Below the pieces are notes generated by a model. That model worked only from the letters and a program-made list of their open reading frames with translations, ran no database searches and was not told the DNA's origin. A stretch of DNA of 22,875 bases. It comes from Synechococcus sp. (GTDB taxonomy: Bacteria; Cyanobacteriota; Cyanobacteriia; Thermostichales; PCC-7336). The DNA is taken from assembly GCA_051439425.1 (NCBI GenBank), contig JBFRWD010000179.1:1-22875 (forward strand), given 5' to 3'. The translations under genes and the position numbers were made by a program. Below are positions 9,678 through 17,765 of this stretch, piece after piece (the stretch's first letter is position 1; each line of letters starts with the position of its first letter).

Positions 9678-10151
9678 ATGAACTCTACTCTCCGCGCAAA
9701 ATTGATGGCCCGCATGATGAAGAATGCGAAGGGCTTCACCCTGATTGAATTGTTGGTTGTTATCGTTATCGTTGGTGTCCTGTCTGCTGTTGCAGTACCC
9801 ACCTTCTTGAACCAGGTTCGCCGCTCTCGTGTTGCTGAAGCGCAAGCAGGCTTGGCTGCTGTAGGTACAGCTTCCGAGGTCTATCGTTTTGATGAAGGTA
9901 CCTACACAGGCGATATCACCGATCTTGAGAACAGCTACATCGACTCTACTTGGGCTGCTACTGCTCCCAACTATCAGAACGTTGCTGGTGCTGGTCCTGA
10001 TGTCGATGGAGTACTCTGGACCGCCTCATCAGATGGTACCGATGCTGCTTACACAACTAATGGTACTGTTGCCTTGTCTTGCGATCTGGGCTTAGGCGAT
10101 CAGGCTGGCACTGAGACCGATCCTGTAGATGATGGTTGCAACCTACCTTAA
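9678..10151 (+). CDS. pilA: Type IV major pilin
   Basis: Basic leader, prepilin site KG/FTLIELLVVIVIVGVLSAVAVP.FLNQ with E5, and a C-terminal Cys pair. AGGA RBS ends 6 nt before ATG 9678. Confidence 0.93.
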   Translation: MNSTLRAKLMARMMKNAKGFTLIELLVVIVIVGVLSAVAVPTFLNQVRRSRVAEAQAGLAAVGTASEVYRFDEGTYTGDITDLENSYIDSTWAATAPNYQNVAGAGPDVDGVLWTASSDGTDAAYTTNGTVALSCDLGLGDQAGTETDPVDDGCNLP

Positions 10152-10178
10152 GTTAAGTCTCTACATAGGCTAAGTGTT

Positions 10179-10210
10179 AGCAGGAAGGACTCTGTGTTCT
10201 TCCTGCTTTA
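10179..10210 (+). terminator. Stem-loop / probable terminator or stabiliser after pilA
   Basis: AGCAGGAAGGAC-tctgt-GTTCTTCCTGCT, a 12-bp stem with one G-U pair and a short T tail. Confidence 0.72.
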
Positions 10211-10268
10211 GCAGCTTAAAAAATAGTTCATAATTGACTCCCTTGCAGAAGATTTTGGTACGGATTGT

Positions 10269-11018
10269 ATGTGTCTTGCGAGAAGATTCCTAGGCGGCTG
10301 GCTAGTTCCTTCCTTTTGCCTGTTTTGCTCGGTTATAGGAATAACTTCACTACAAGCTGACACAAAAGCGATATCTGAGTTGGACGAAGTTAGTTTTTCA
10401 CTCGATGCAACTCAATCCATAGGCATTTCAAATTCGCTAGATACTATTGGGTATAAAGGCCTAGGAAGCTCGTATTTGTGGTTGAATTTTATCCAGTACT
10501 TTGGTTCGGGAGGGGGAAGTGATGGTTCAAAACAATCTGCAAATTATCTCAATGCCCTTTCTCAGATAGAGCCTCGCTTTATTCATACATATACAACTGC
10601 TATGTCAGCCGTAGCATTTCGTGCTGGAGATCCTGAGTCAGCAATAGAGATTCTAGAAACTGGTATTGAACACATAACTCCTGACTGGAGCGACGCTTCC
10701 TTTAGAGTCCCATTTCAACTCGCAATCATACATTTTCTTTTTCAAGGGGATTTCGAAGCTGCCAGAGATAACTTCTATCTGGCTGCAGAGCGATATAAAA
10801 GCCAAAATCAACAGGCTGCAACCTTATGGCGAGATTTGGGAGATAGCTTGGAGCAGAATCCTGATAGCAGAAGAGCCAGGTTCAATATTTGGCAACAGGT
10901 CTATAACGTCAGTTCTGATGAAGACGTCAGAGCACATGCATACACACAATTAGTAAACCTTGGAGAACAAGAGTCTCTCCCTGACGGTTCAGTGAGGATA
11001 ATACCTCCTCCGCGGTAG
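10269..11018 (+). CDS. ogtA: Conserved pilA-downstream TPR-like protein (OgtA / Sll1696-like)
   Basis: N-terminal hydrophobic segment ending GITSLQ, then WLNFIQYFG, EPRF...Y, AGDPE.AIEILE.G, LFQGD..AA...F..AA and NPDSRRA. These match my recollection of the family found directly behind cyanobacterial pilA. The gene symbol rests on synteny and recalled motifs. Confidence 0.68.
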   Translation: MCLARRFLGGWLVPSFCLFCSVIGITSLQADTKAISELDEVSFSLDATQSIGISNSLDTIGYKGLGSSYLWLNFIQYFGSGGGSDGSKQSANYLNALSQIEPRFIHTYTTAMSAVAFRAGDPESAIEILETGIEHITPDWSDASFRVPFQLAIIHFLFQGDFEAARDNFYLAAERYKSQNQQAATLWRDLGDSLEQNPDSRRARFNIWQQVYNVSSDEDVRAHAYTQLVNLGEQESLPDGSVRIIPPPR

Positions 11019-11120
11019 ACAGATATCTATAACCAATTGCTTGTGGTATCTGCTTGTCCACTCACTAATGAACTTTTTCTTTCAAATACCTGTGCATGTA
11101 CTACGAAAATCAGCTCTAAA

Positions 11121-11558
11121 TTAGAGTTCCAGTTCTGTTTTACGAGCATGTCCCCAGAAGGCCTCTAAATTGTAAAACTCCCGTTCGGCCTCAAGCTGAA
11201 CGTGGATAATCGCATCTCCATAATCCAGCAGCACCCAAGTCCCTTCATGCTTGCCCTCAACCCGAATGGGTTGCAGATTTAGCTTTTCCAACAACGCATC
11301 TTCGATCGCACTAACGATCGCCTTCACCTGCGTAGTGGAATATGCCGTAATGACTAAAAAGTAATCGGCAATCACCGACACCCCGCCCACATCTAAGCAG
11401 ACAATATCTCCCCCTTTCCGTTCGTCCGCAGCCCGAGCCGCCGTCAACGCAATCTCAAAACTTGTCTCATCGCGAATTGTTTGAGATAAATTAGCCGCCG
11501 TCGATTGTGCTGCAGTATCGGCAGACGTTGGGATGGTGTTGGAGGTGTTGTCTAACAA
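11121..11558 (-). CDS. rsfS: Ribosome silencing factor (Iojap)
   Basis: Motifs AADERKGGDI, IADYFLV, QVKAI, WVLLDYGD.IIH and REFYNLEAFWGHA. The TTG start overlaps the yqeK stop. Confidence 0.95.
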   Translation of the reverse strand: MLDNTSNTIPTSADTAAQSTAANLSQTIRDETSFEIALTAARAADERKGGDIVCLDVGGVSVIADYFLVITAYSTTQVKAIVSAIEDALLEKLNLQPIRVEGKHEGTWVLLDYGDAIIHVQLEAEREFYNLEAFWGHARKTELEL

Positions 11559-12172
11559 GCGATGTTCTCCTGAACGATGGGTAATGGGGAATTGGCAAGG
11601 TTACGTGCAAACCAGTCGCGAGTCTCAACAGTTCGGGGATGAACTGGAGCCTCTTTCGCTATTAAATACTGTAGAGAGCGATCGCTAACAGCCACAACCG
11701 CACGATAGAGGTGCATCTCTGCCAAATTCCGTAAATTCTTCAGGTCGTCCGATTGGCCGCGATTTGGCTCCAGCGCATCTGCCAAAAAAACCACGCAGCT
11801 GAGCGCAGACATCCCCGGAGCCCCTAGCGTGTGTAGCTGAATTGCATTCAGGATCTCGGTATCGGTTATACCAAACTCATCCCGCGCCACGACACCACCC
11901 ACATCCGCATGAATAAGATGGGGGGTTTCTTGCAATATGGGATCGAGCACCAGTCCCTCAGCATCTGCTATCTCCAACAGTCGCTCACCAGGGAAGTACT
12001 TAGCTACATCGTGCAGCAACCCAGCCCAAGCTGCTCGATCGGCATCCAGACCATAAAGTTGCGCCCATTCAAAAGCCATTTGCTCCACCCCCAAAATGTG
12101 ACGTATGCGGGGGCGGGGAACATTTACACTTAACCAATCCAACACGCGACCGCGAAGAGAGTTCGGATACAT
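11552..12172 (-). CDS. yqeK: HD-domain bis(5'-nucleosyl)-tetraphosphatase YqeK
   Basis: Motifs R..HILGV, AGLLHDVAK, HA.VG, AI..HTLG and VVFLADALEPNR. Classical linkage to rsfS. Confidence 0.92.
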   Translation of the reverse strand: MYPNSLRGRVLDWLSVNVPRPRIRHILGVEQMAFEWAQLYGLDADRAAWAGLLHDVAKYFPGERLLEIADAEGLVLDPILQETPHLIHADVGGVVARDEFGITDTEILNAIQLHTLGAPGMSALSCVVFLADALEPNRGQSDDLKNLRNLAEMHLYRAVVAVSDRSLQYLIAKEAPVHPRTVETRDWFARNLANSPLPIVQENIAC

Positions 12173-12347
12173 AAACTGCGATCTGAGGAAAATCCTTGAA
12201 CATCTATATATAAGGTAACGTTTCCATCAGCAGATTGGAAACCAGGCAGTTCTCGGTCATTGTTCCTCAGGCAGTTCAGTTGTTGACGCTGCTCCCACAA
12301 CCTCAGCTTTTAATCTGCGGCATTGACTGAAGGCATCCACTGACACC

Positions 12348-12377
12348 GCCTCATATATTTATGCCTCATATATTTAT
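12348..12377. repeat. Perfect 15-bp tandem duplication in the yqeK/apcA divergent intergenic region
   Basis: GCCTCATATATTTAT occurs twice in tandem (12348-12362 and 12363-12377). Confidence 0.95.
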
Positions 12378-12628
12378 GTAGGGACGATGAATGAGTTCCT
12401 TCACGCCCAAGTCCTCTCAAAGCGACGCCGAGCAGTGGCAGGATTTGGAAAATGTGCAAACAGCCAGCGAGGCAACGGTTTCAGTAGACGATACCCCACG
12501 TAAACTTTGACTGAGAGGTCGATTAAGAAATGTCACGAAGCGAGGTCTGCAACTCGCGTGATGTCCGACAATTGGCATCGGTATCCCTGTTATACTCTTC
12601 CTAAAATTGCCTTGAGGGTAGTCATTAA

Positions 12629-13114
12629 ATGAGTGTTGTCACTAAATCTATTGTGAATGCGGACGCTGAAGCGCGTTATTTAAGCCCCGGTGAATTAGAA
12701 CGAATCAAGTCCTTCGTCTCTGGCGGAGAGCGTCGCCTGCGCGTTGCTCAAACCCTGACTGACAACCGCGAGCGCATTGTGAAGCAAGCGGGTGATAAGC
12801 TATTCCAGATGCGGCCCGACGTTGTTTCCCCCGGCGGTAACGCTTATGGCGAGGAAATGACCGCAACTTGCCTCCGCGATATGGATTACTACTTGCGCTT
12901 GGTTACCTACGGTGTAGTTTCCGGCGACGTTACTCCCATCGAAGAGATTGGCTTGATTGGTGTTAAGGAGCTATACAACTCCTTGGGTACCCCCATCCCT
13001 GCTATCGCAGAATCCATTAACCAGATGAAGCTAGTTGCTACTAGCCTGCTGTCCGGTGACGACGCACTGGAAGCCGGTTACTACTTCGACTATGTCGTAG
13101 GCGCAATGGGCTAA
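12629..13114 (+). CDS. apcA: Allophycocyanin alpha subunit
   Basis: [36 protein letters not shown] and the chromophore site ATCLRD; 161 aa. Confidence 0.98.
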   Translation: MSVVTKSIVNADAEARYLSPGELERIKSFVSGGERRLRVAQTLTDNRERIVKQAGDKLFQMRPDVVSPGGNAYGEEMTATCLRDMDYYLRLVTYGVVSGDVTPIEEIGLIGVKELYNSLGTPIPAIAESINQMKLVATSLLSGDDALEAGYYFDYVVGAMG

Positions 13115-13203
13115 TCGGATCGGGTTAGTTTCCGTCCGCTTTGCCGTCCAACTTCATCTAAGACTCTTTACAACTTGTTATTTGATTAGGACACTACATC
13201 ACC

Positions 13204-13692
13204 ATGCAAGACGCAATCACCTCAGTCATTAATAGCTATGACATGCAGGGTAAGTACCTAGATAGTTCTGCGATAAGCAAGCTGCAGACTTTCTACACCA
13301 CTGGCGAGCTGCGCGTACGTGCGGCTGCTACTATCGCGGCTAACGCATCTGCGATTGTTCGCGATGCAACGGCCAAAGCTTTGCTTTACTCCGATCTGAC
13401 TCGCCCCGGCGGCAACATGTACACCACCCGCCGCTACGCTGCCTGCATCCGCGACCAAGACTACTACCTGCGTTACGCAACCTACGCCATGCTGGCCGGC
13501 GATACCTCCATCTTGGACGAGCGCGTGCTGAACGGCCTCAAGGAAACCTACAACTCCTTGGGTGTGCCCATCGGTGCTACCGTGCAAGCAATTCAAGCTA
13601 TGAAAGAAGTTACCGCAGCATTGGTTGGCCCCGACGCAGGCAAAGAAATGGGTGTTTACTTCGACTACATCTGCTCCGGATTGGGTTCCTAA
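13204..13692 (+). CDS. apcB: Allophycocyanin beta subunit
   Basis: [38 protein letters not shown] and [19 protein letters not shown]. Confidence 0.98.
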   Translation: MQDAITSVINSYDMQGKYLDSSAISKLQTFYTTGELRVRAAATIAANASAIVRDATAKALLYSDLTRPGGNMYTTRRYAACIRDQDYYLRYATYAMLAGDTSILDERVLNGLKETYNSLGVPIGATVQAIQAMKEVTAALVGPDAGKEMGVYFDYICSGLGS

Positions 13693-13748
13693 GAGCGACT
13701 GATGGTCGAGCCCCAGATTTTGCGGGCTTATCAAACATACTTTTGTTG

Positions 13749-13816
13749 ACTAACGAGCCGTTCGCTGTAGAACCTGACTAGCATCTGCAGGGTTTGAGGC
13801 GAGTTGGCTCGTTAGT
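13749..13816 (+). promoter_or_regulatory. Long stem-loop between apcB and apcC (mRNA stabiliser or partial terminator)
   Basis: ACTAACGAGCC (13749-13759) pairs perfectly with GGCTCGTTAGT (13806-13816). Inner helices are TTCGCT/GGCGAG and an imperfect AGAACCTG/CAGGGTTT. Confidence 0.75.
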
Positions 13817-13849
13817 TTCTTAACACTAAAAATTTTGGGGCAATTTGCT

Positions 13850-14053
13850 ATGCGTATGTTTAAAGTGACTGCTTGCTTTCCAACAACAACCAGTATTCGG
13901 ACACAGCGTCAGCTACAAAACACCTACGTCACCAAGATGGTTGAATACAATAGCTGGTTCAAAGAGCAGCAGCGCATTCAAAAAGCAGGTGGCAAGATTC
14001 TTAAAGTTGAATTGGTCACCGGTACTAGAGGCGTAAACGTCGGCATTTCATAA
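13850..14053 (+). CDS. apcC: Phycobilisome 7.8 kDa core linker
   Basis: MRMFKVTAC.P....IRTQR.LQNTY.TK.V.Y.SWF.EQQRIQK.GGKI.KVEL.TG; 67 aa from ATG 13850. Confidence 0.96.
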   Translation: MRMFKVTACFPTTTSIRTQRQLQNTYVTKMVEYNSWFKEQQRIQKAGGKILKVELVTGTRGVNVGIS

Positions 14054-14101
14054 ACCGCACGCAGCGCGATCGCCAGTTCGAATCATTGAATATTTGGCTA
14101 G

Positions 14102-14136
14102 AGGTGACGGCTTTACAGGTCGATCGCCTTTTTTAT
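14102..14136 (+). terminator. Rho-independent terminator of apcABC
   Basis: Bulged stem AGGTGA-CGGCT-ttaca-GGTCG-a-TCGCCT followed by a T run. Confidence 0.7.
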
Positions 14137-14293
14137 TGGGTGGCTGTCTTCATGCATACACATGCTTCTACTCTGATTGATGAAGGAAAAGCATTCGAGA
14201 GATCTGCCCAGCAGTTTATTCCCGAAACCATGGGGACGCGATGCGTCTCCCATTCCGGTTTATGGTGTTAGGGCGCATTGTTATTGAACTGGA

Positions 14294-15598
14294 TTGAAGG
14301 ACGTGGCTTACAACCTGGGGTTACTCGGACTGGGAACGGTTGGAACGGGTGTTGCTCAAATTCTTCAGTCCCCCAGTCACCGCAACCCCCTGTTGAAAGA
14401 ACTACAACTAACGAAAGTTGGTGTTCGCTCACCTGGCAAGCAACGAGATATTCAGTTGCCGGAGAGCGTGCTAACCGATGATTTGGCTAGCATTGTCACT
14501 GATGACAGCATTGATGTCATTGTCGAGCTATTGGGAGGGATCGAACCATCCCGCAGCTTGATGTTAAAAGCGCTCGCAAACGGCAAGCATGTTGTAACGG
14601 CAAATAAGGCTGTCATCGCAGCCCACGGCGAAGAAATCTTGGCTGCGGCCCAATCGCAGGGGGTTTGTGTCTTTTTTGAAGCGGCAGTGGGGGGAGGGAT
14701 CCCCATTTTGCAGCCGCTGCAACAGTGTTTGGGGGCAAATGTTCTGCAAACGATTACCGGTATTGTGAACGGCACTACCAACTACATGCTCGATCGCATG
14801 ACCAAGAATGGTGAAGCGTTTGAAGATGTGCTCGCCGTAGCGCAGGAGCTAGGATACGCAGAGGCCGATCCGACGGCCGATGTTGATGGGCTAGATGCTG
14901 CCGATAAGATTGCTATTTTGGCCAGTCTGGCTTTTGATGTGCAGGTGAACCGGGAGGAGGTCTTCTGCGAAGGAATTCGAACAATTACAGCGGCTGACAT
15001 CGAGCACGCTCGGGAGTGGGGGTTTGATGTGAAACTGCTGGCGACTGCCAGCCGACCGCCGAATGGCGATCGCCAATTGGATATTCGCGTACATCCCACT
15101 CTGCTCCCCCACGACCATCCGCTAGCGAATGTCCACCAGGCTAATAACGCCGTATTAGTGAGTGGCGATCCGCTTGGAGAAGTTATGTTTTACGGGCCAG
15201 GAGCTGGGCGCGGGCCGACGGCCAGCGCCGTTGTCTCCGACATTGTGAATGTCATTGCCCGCCTGGAATTAGGCACAGAGCACCCCAACAAGCTGTTTCT
15301 CTCGATGCCTGCAGAAGCTGCTGATGTACGCGGGATTGAGGAAGCCACCATGCGGTACTACACTCGCTTGTTGGCACGCGATCGCGCTGGGGTAATTGGC
15401 GAGTTGGGTTGCTGCTTTGGGGATTGTGGAGTGAGTTTGGAGCAGGTGATTCAAAAGGACGTACGAGATGACGTTGCTGAAGTGGTTGTACTAACCCACA
15501 ACGTACAGGAGAAACATTTCCGTCGAGCAATCGCAGCCATTCAAGAACTGGATGCCATCCACTCAGTACCGACAACGATTCGGGTGTTGCCGGATTAG
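14294..15598 (+). CDS. hom: Homoserine dehydrogenase with C-terminal ACT domain
   Basis: Motifs GLLGLGTVG, KHVVTANK, EAAVGGGIP, GIVNGTTNY, GYAEADPTADVDG and GPGAG..PTASAV, plus an ACT tail. TTG start. Confidence 0.96.
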   Translation: MKDVAYNLGLLGLGTVGTGVAQILQSPSHRNPLLKELQLTKVGVRSPGKQRDIQLPESVLTDDLASIVTDDSIDVIVELLGGIEPSRSLMLKALANGKHVVTANKAVIAAHGEEILAAAQSQGVCVFFEAAVGGGIPILQPLQQCLGANVLQTITGIVNGTTNYMLDRMTKNGEAFEDVLAVAQELGYAEADPTADVDGLDAADKIAILASLAFDVQVNREEVFCEGIRTITAADIEHAREWGFDVKLLATASRPPNGDRQLDIRVHPTLLPHDHPLANVHQANNAVLVSGDPLGEVMFYGPGAGRGPTASAVVSDIVNVIARLELGTEHPNKLFLSMPAEAADVRGIEEATMRYYTRLLARDRAGVIGELGCCFGDCGVSLEQVIQKDVRDDVAEVVVLTHNVQEKHFRRAIAAIQELDAIHSVPTTIRVLPD

Positions 15599-15602
15599 GA
15601 GC

Positions 15603-16910
15603 CTACTCTGTCCTAAGATTCCAGCAAATGCCTTGATTCCAGCAAGCAATGGGCTTGCCAGCTACAGTCTTGTGCCAGAAGGGGGTAGCAGCTGACAGGC
15701 TATTTAGAGATTGTTCATCGATTTGCCAGACAAGCTCGGGGTCGAAAATTGTGCAGTTTGCGGGTTCACCTAGCGTCAAATGGGTAGAGGACAGTCCCAG
15801 GACAGAAGCAGGATGCGTCGAAAGTGCTGCCCATAAATCTTCGGCAGACATAGTTTCAGATTTCACTAGTTCTTGCCACAACAGAGGCAAAGCTAACTCT
15901 AGACCAATTGCCCCTGGAGGCGCTTCGGCAAACGAAACTGTTTTTTCTTCGAACGTATAGGGAGTATGGTCGGTTGCAATGGCGGTAATCGTTCCATCTT
16001 TGATGGCCGAAATCAGCGCTTGGCGATCGGCTTCGGTGCCCAGCGGAGCCCTAAGGTGAAGGGCAGGGTGATAGTGGAATGGCTCGATGTCGCGATCGCA
16101 CAAGAGCAGGTGCATCCAGGTGGTACTAGCGGATACCGGTAACCCACTGGAGCGGGCTTGGCGCACGAGCTCGACACTGCGAGCTTGGCTGAGTCGCATC
16201 AGGTGGACGGGGGTATTAGTGAGGGCAACTAATTCCAAGATTTGAGCGATCGCCAGTGGTTCTGCTGCCGCACAAATGCCTTTCACCCCCAACCGGATAG
16301 ACCAGTCTCCTTCTAACATGGCTCCACCGGCGAGTTCGGGCTCTTGTGGCCACAGCAATACTGGCATTTGGAGGGGATGAACGTATTCCAGGAAGCGACG
16401 CAATAGTGTTAGAGATGCGATCGGGTGATTGTCGCAAAAGGCGATCGCCCCCGAGTCACTTAATTCCGCCAATTCTGTTAGAGAATTACCAGCAGTATTC
16501 TGAGTAATCGCTGCGTAGGGTAGCCACTGGGGAGAGGGAGTTGAAGGGTGGCCGAGAATGGCTTGCAGGCGATCTGGGGTATCGGCAACTGGGTGCGTGG
16601 TGGGCAAAAGCCCGACGTGAGTGAATCCTCCGGCAAGTGCTGCCTGTCCTAAAGACTGTAAAGATTCTCGCTGCTCGTAACCCGGTTCTCCCGACTGAGC
16701 GTATAGGTCCACAAGACCGGGGCCTATTACCCATCCGCTAGCATCGACGATTTCGCTACCGTCCGGAATATCATCAATGCGTTCTGCGCTCGTTTTCAGA
16801 ATCCCTCTGTCAATCCAGACATCTCCTGTACGGCCTAGTCGTTGACTGATGTCTGATGGATCGAGGATGCGAATGCGTTGAAAAACGTAGGAGCGATCGG
16901 ACTCGAACAT
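15603..16910 (-). CDS. pyrC: Dihydroorotase-family protein lacking metal ligands (PyrC'-like)
   Basis: Motifs PGLVDLY, EPGYEQRE, AALAGGFT, P.T.PV.D, PL.TE.DR.AL and IATDHTP...EEK...F.EAPPG.IGLE. The HxH motif is replaced by YAQ. ATG 16910 is preferred over 16958. Confidence 0.85.
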   Translation of the reverse strand: MFESDRSYVFQRIRILDPSDISQRLGRTGDVWIDRGILKTSAERIDDIPDGSEIVDASGWVIGPGLVDLYAQSGEPGYEQRESLQSLGQAALAGGFTHVGLLPTTHPVADTPDRLQAILGHPSTPSPQWLPYAAITQNTAGNSLTELAELSDSGAIAFCDNHPIASLTLLRRFLEYVHPLQMPVLLWPQEPELAGGAMLEGDWSIRLGVKGICAAAEPLAIAQILELVALTNTPVHLMRLSQARSVELVRQARSSGLPVSASTTWMHLLLCDRDIEPFHYHPALHLRAPLGTEADRQALISAIKDGTITAIATDHTPYTFEEKTVSFAEAPPGAIGLELALPLLWQELVKSETMSAEDLWAALSTHPASVLGLSSTHLTLGEPANCTIFDPELVWQIDEQSLNSLSAATPFWHKTVAGKPIACWNQGICWNLRTE

Positions 16911-17038
16911 ATTTATCCAAGCGATACACCACGGAAAATGCTCTGCGTTTGGAAGCACAGATATCCAGTCAAGTTATATCTAAGCCACTTCGTCAGGGCG
17001 ATAGAGTTTCGCAAGAGATTCGTTTGTTTTAGAGAATG

Positions 17039-17620
17039 CTAACGATGACGGGAGAGTATTCCCAGTCGCTTTCCCACTCGCTTTATCCAAGGAATCGCGG
17101 CTACTAGGAGCAGGAGGATGGCATCTAAAGCGAGTTCAAAGTAGGTAAACTCTCGGCCAAAATAATCGGGGTCCCAATAACTTATCGGGCCGCGAAAGCG
17201 GATGTTCCAATTTAGCGGAAAGAACAATAGAGGCCCGTCATGGACGTGGGTGGGGATATCTATTGCGGTGTGCAATAGGCAGGCCAAGAAAAAATAAAAG
17301 CTCCAGCGGGCAAGACTGCCGATGCGATCGCGAGATGTCCACAATAGAGCGATCGCAACTGTCAACACCAATGGTGAATGCAGCACATTGTGCAGCGCAA
17401 TCCAAACGGGATCGGAAAAAAAAAGGTCGTCAAACATGTAGCCCAGCGTTTCTGCTGCAGTCATGCCGCGCCCTGTGTAGTACAAGTAGCCGCCAATTGA
17501 CAGCACATAAAGGGGGAGATCGGGGGCAATGGAGCCCAGCAGAAAAGCGCTGGTTACGATTGGGTGGCGAGAAAATTTGGCGGTGGCAGCACCAATCAAA
17601 AAGTGGGATGGAGTGTTCAC
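17039..17620 (-). CDS. Membrane-bound metal-dependent hydrolase (YdjM/DUF457-like)
   Basis: MNTPSH, GSIAPDLP, HNVLHS, LHTAIDIPTH.HDGP...FP and SYWDP, with several hydrophobic helices. Confidence 0.75.
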   Translation of the reverse strand: MNTPSHFLIGAATAKFSRHPIVTSAFLLGSIAPDLPLYVLSIGGYLYYTGRGMTAAETLGYMFDDLFFSDPVWIALHNVLHSPLVLTVAIALLWTSRDRIGSLARWSFYFFLACLLHTAIDIPTHVHDGPLLFFPLNWNIRFRGPISYWDPDYFGREFTYFELALDAILLLLVAAIPWIKRVGKRLGILSRHR

Positions 17621-17765
17621 GCTAAAACCAACACGCTCAATGGAGATATCCTACCGAGGGATGGAAACGGTCTCATGCTTTCCTACATTGGATTACTGAG
17701 CTGTATCAACAGTTTGCGATCTGGATTTGCCAAGATGAGTCTACGAATATCTTGGAACCTCAGGA

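Noticed and set aside
12348..12377. CRISPR repeat
   Set aside because: Two adjacent 15-bp units with no spacer and no cas genes.
12521..12537. RpaB HLR1 site upstream of apcA
   Set aside because: One half-site resembles the motif (GTGACATT on the minus strand), but the second half matches too poorly to call.
13258..13734. 158-aa antisense ORF over apcB
   Set aside because: Shadow frame of a highly biased, conserved gene.
14070..14090. tRNA T-loop-like GTTCGAATC
   Set aside because: No cloverleaf arms or acceptor stem. It lies in the apcC 3' UTR.
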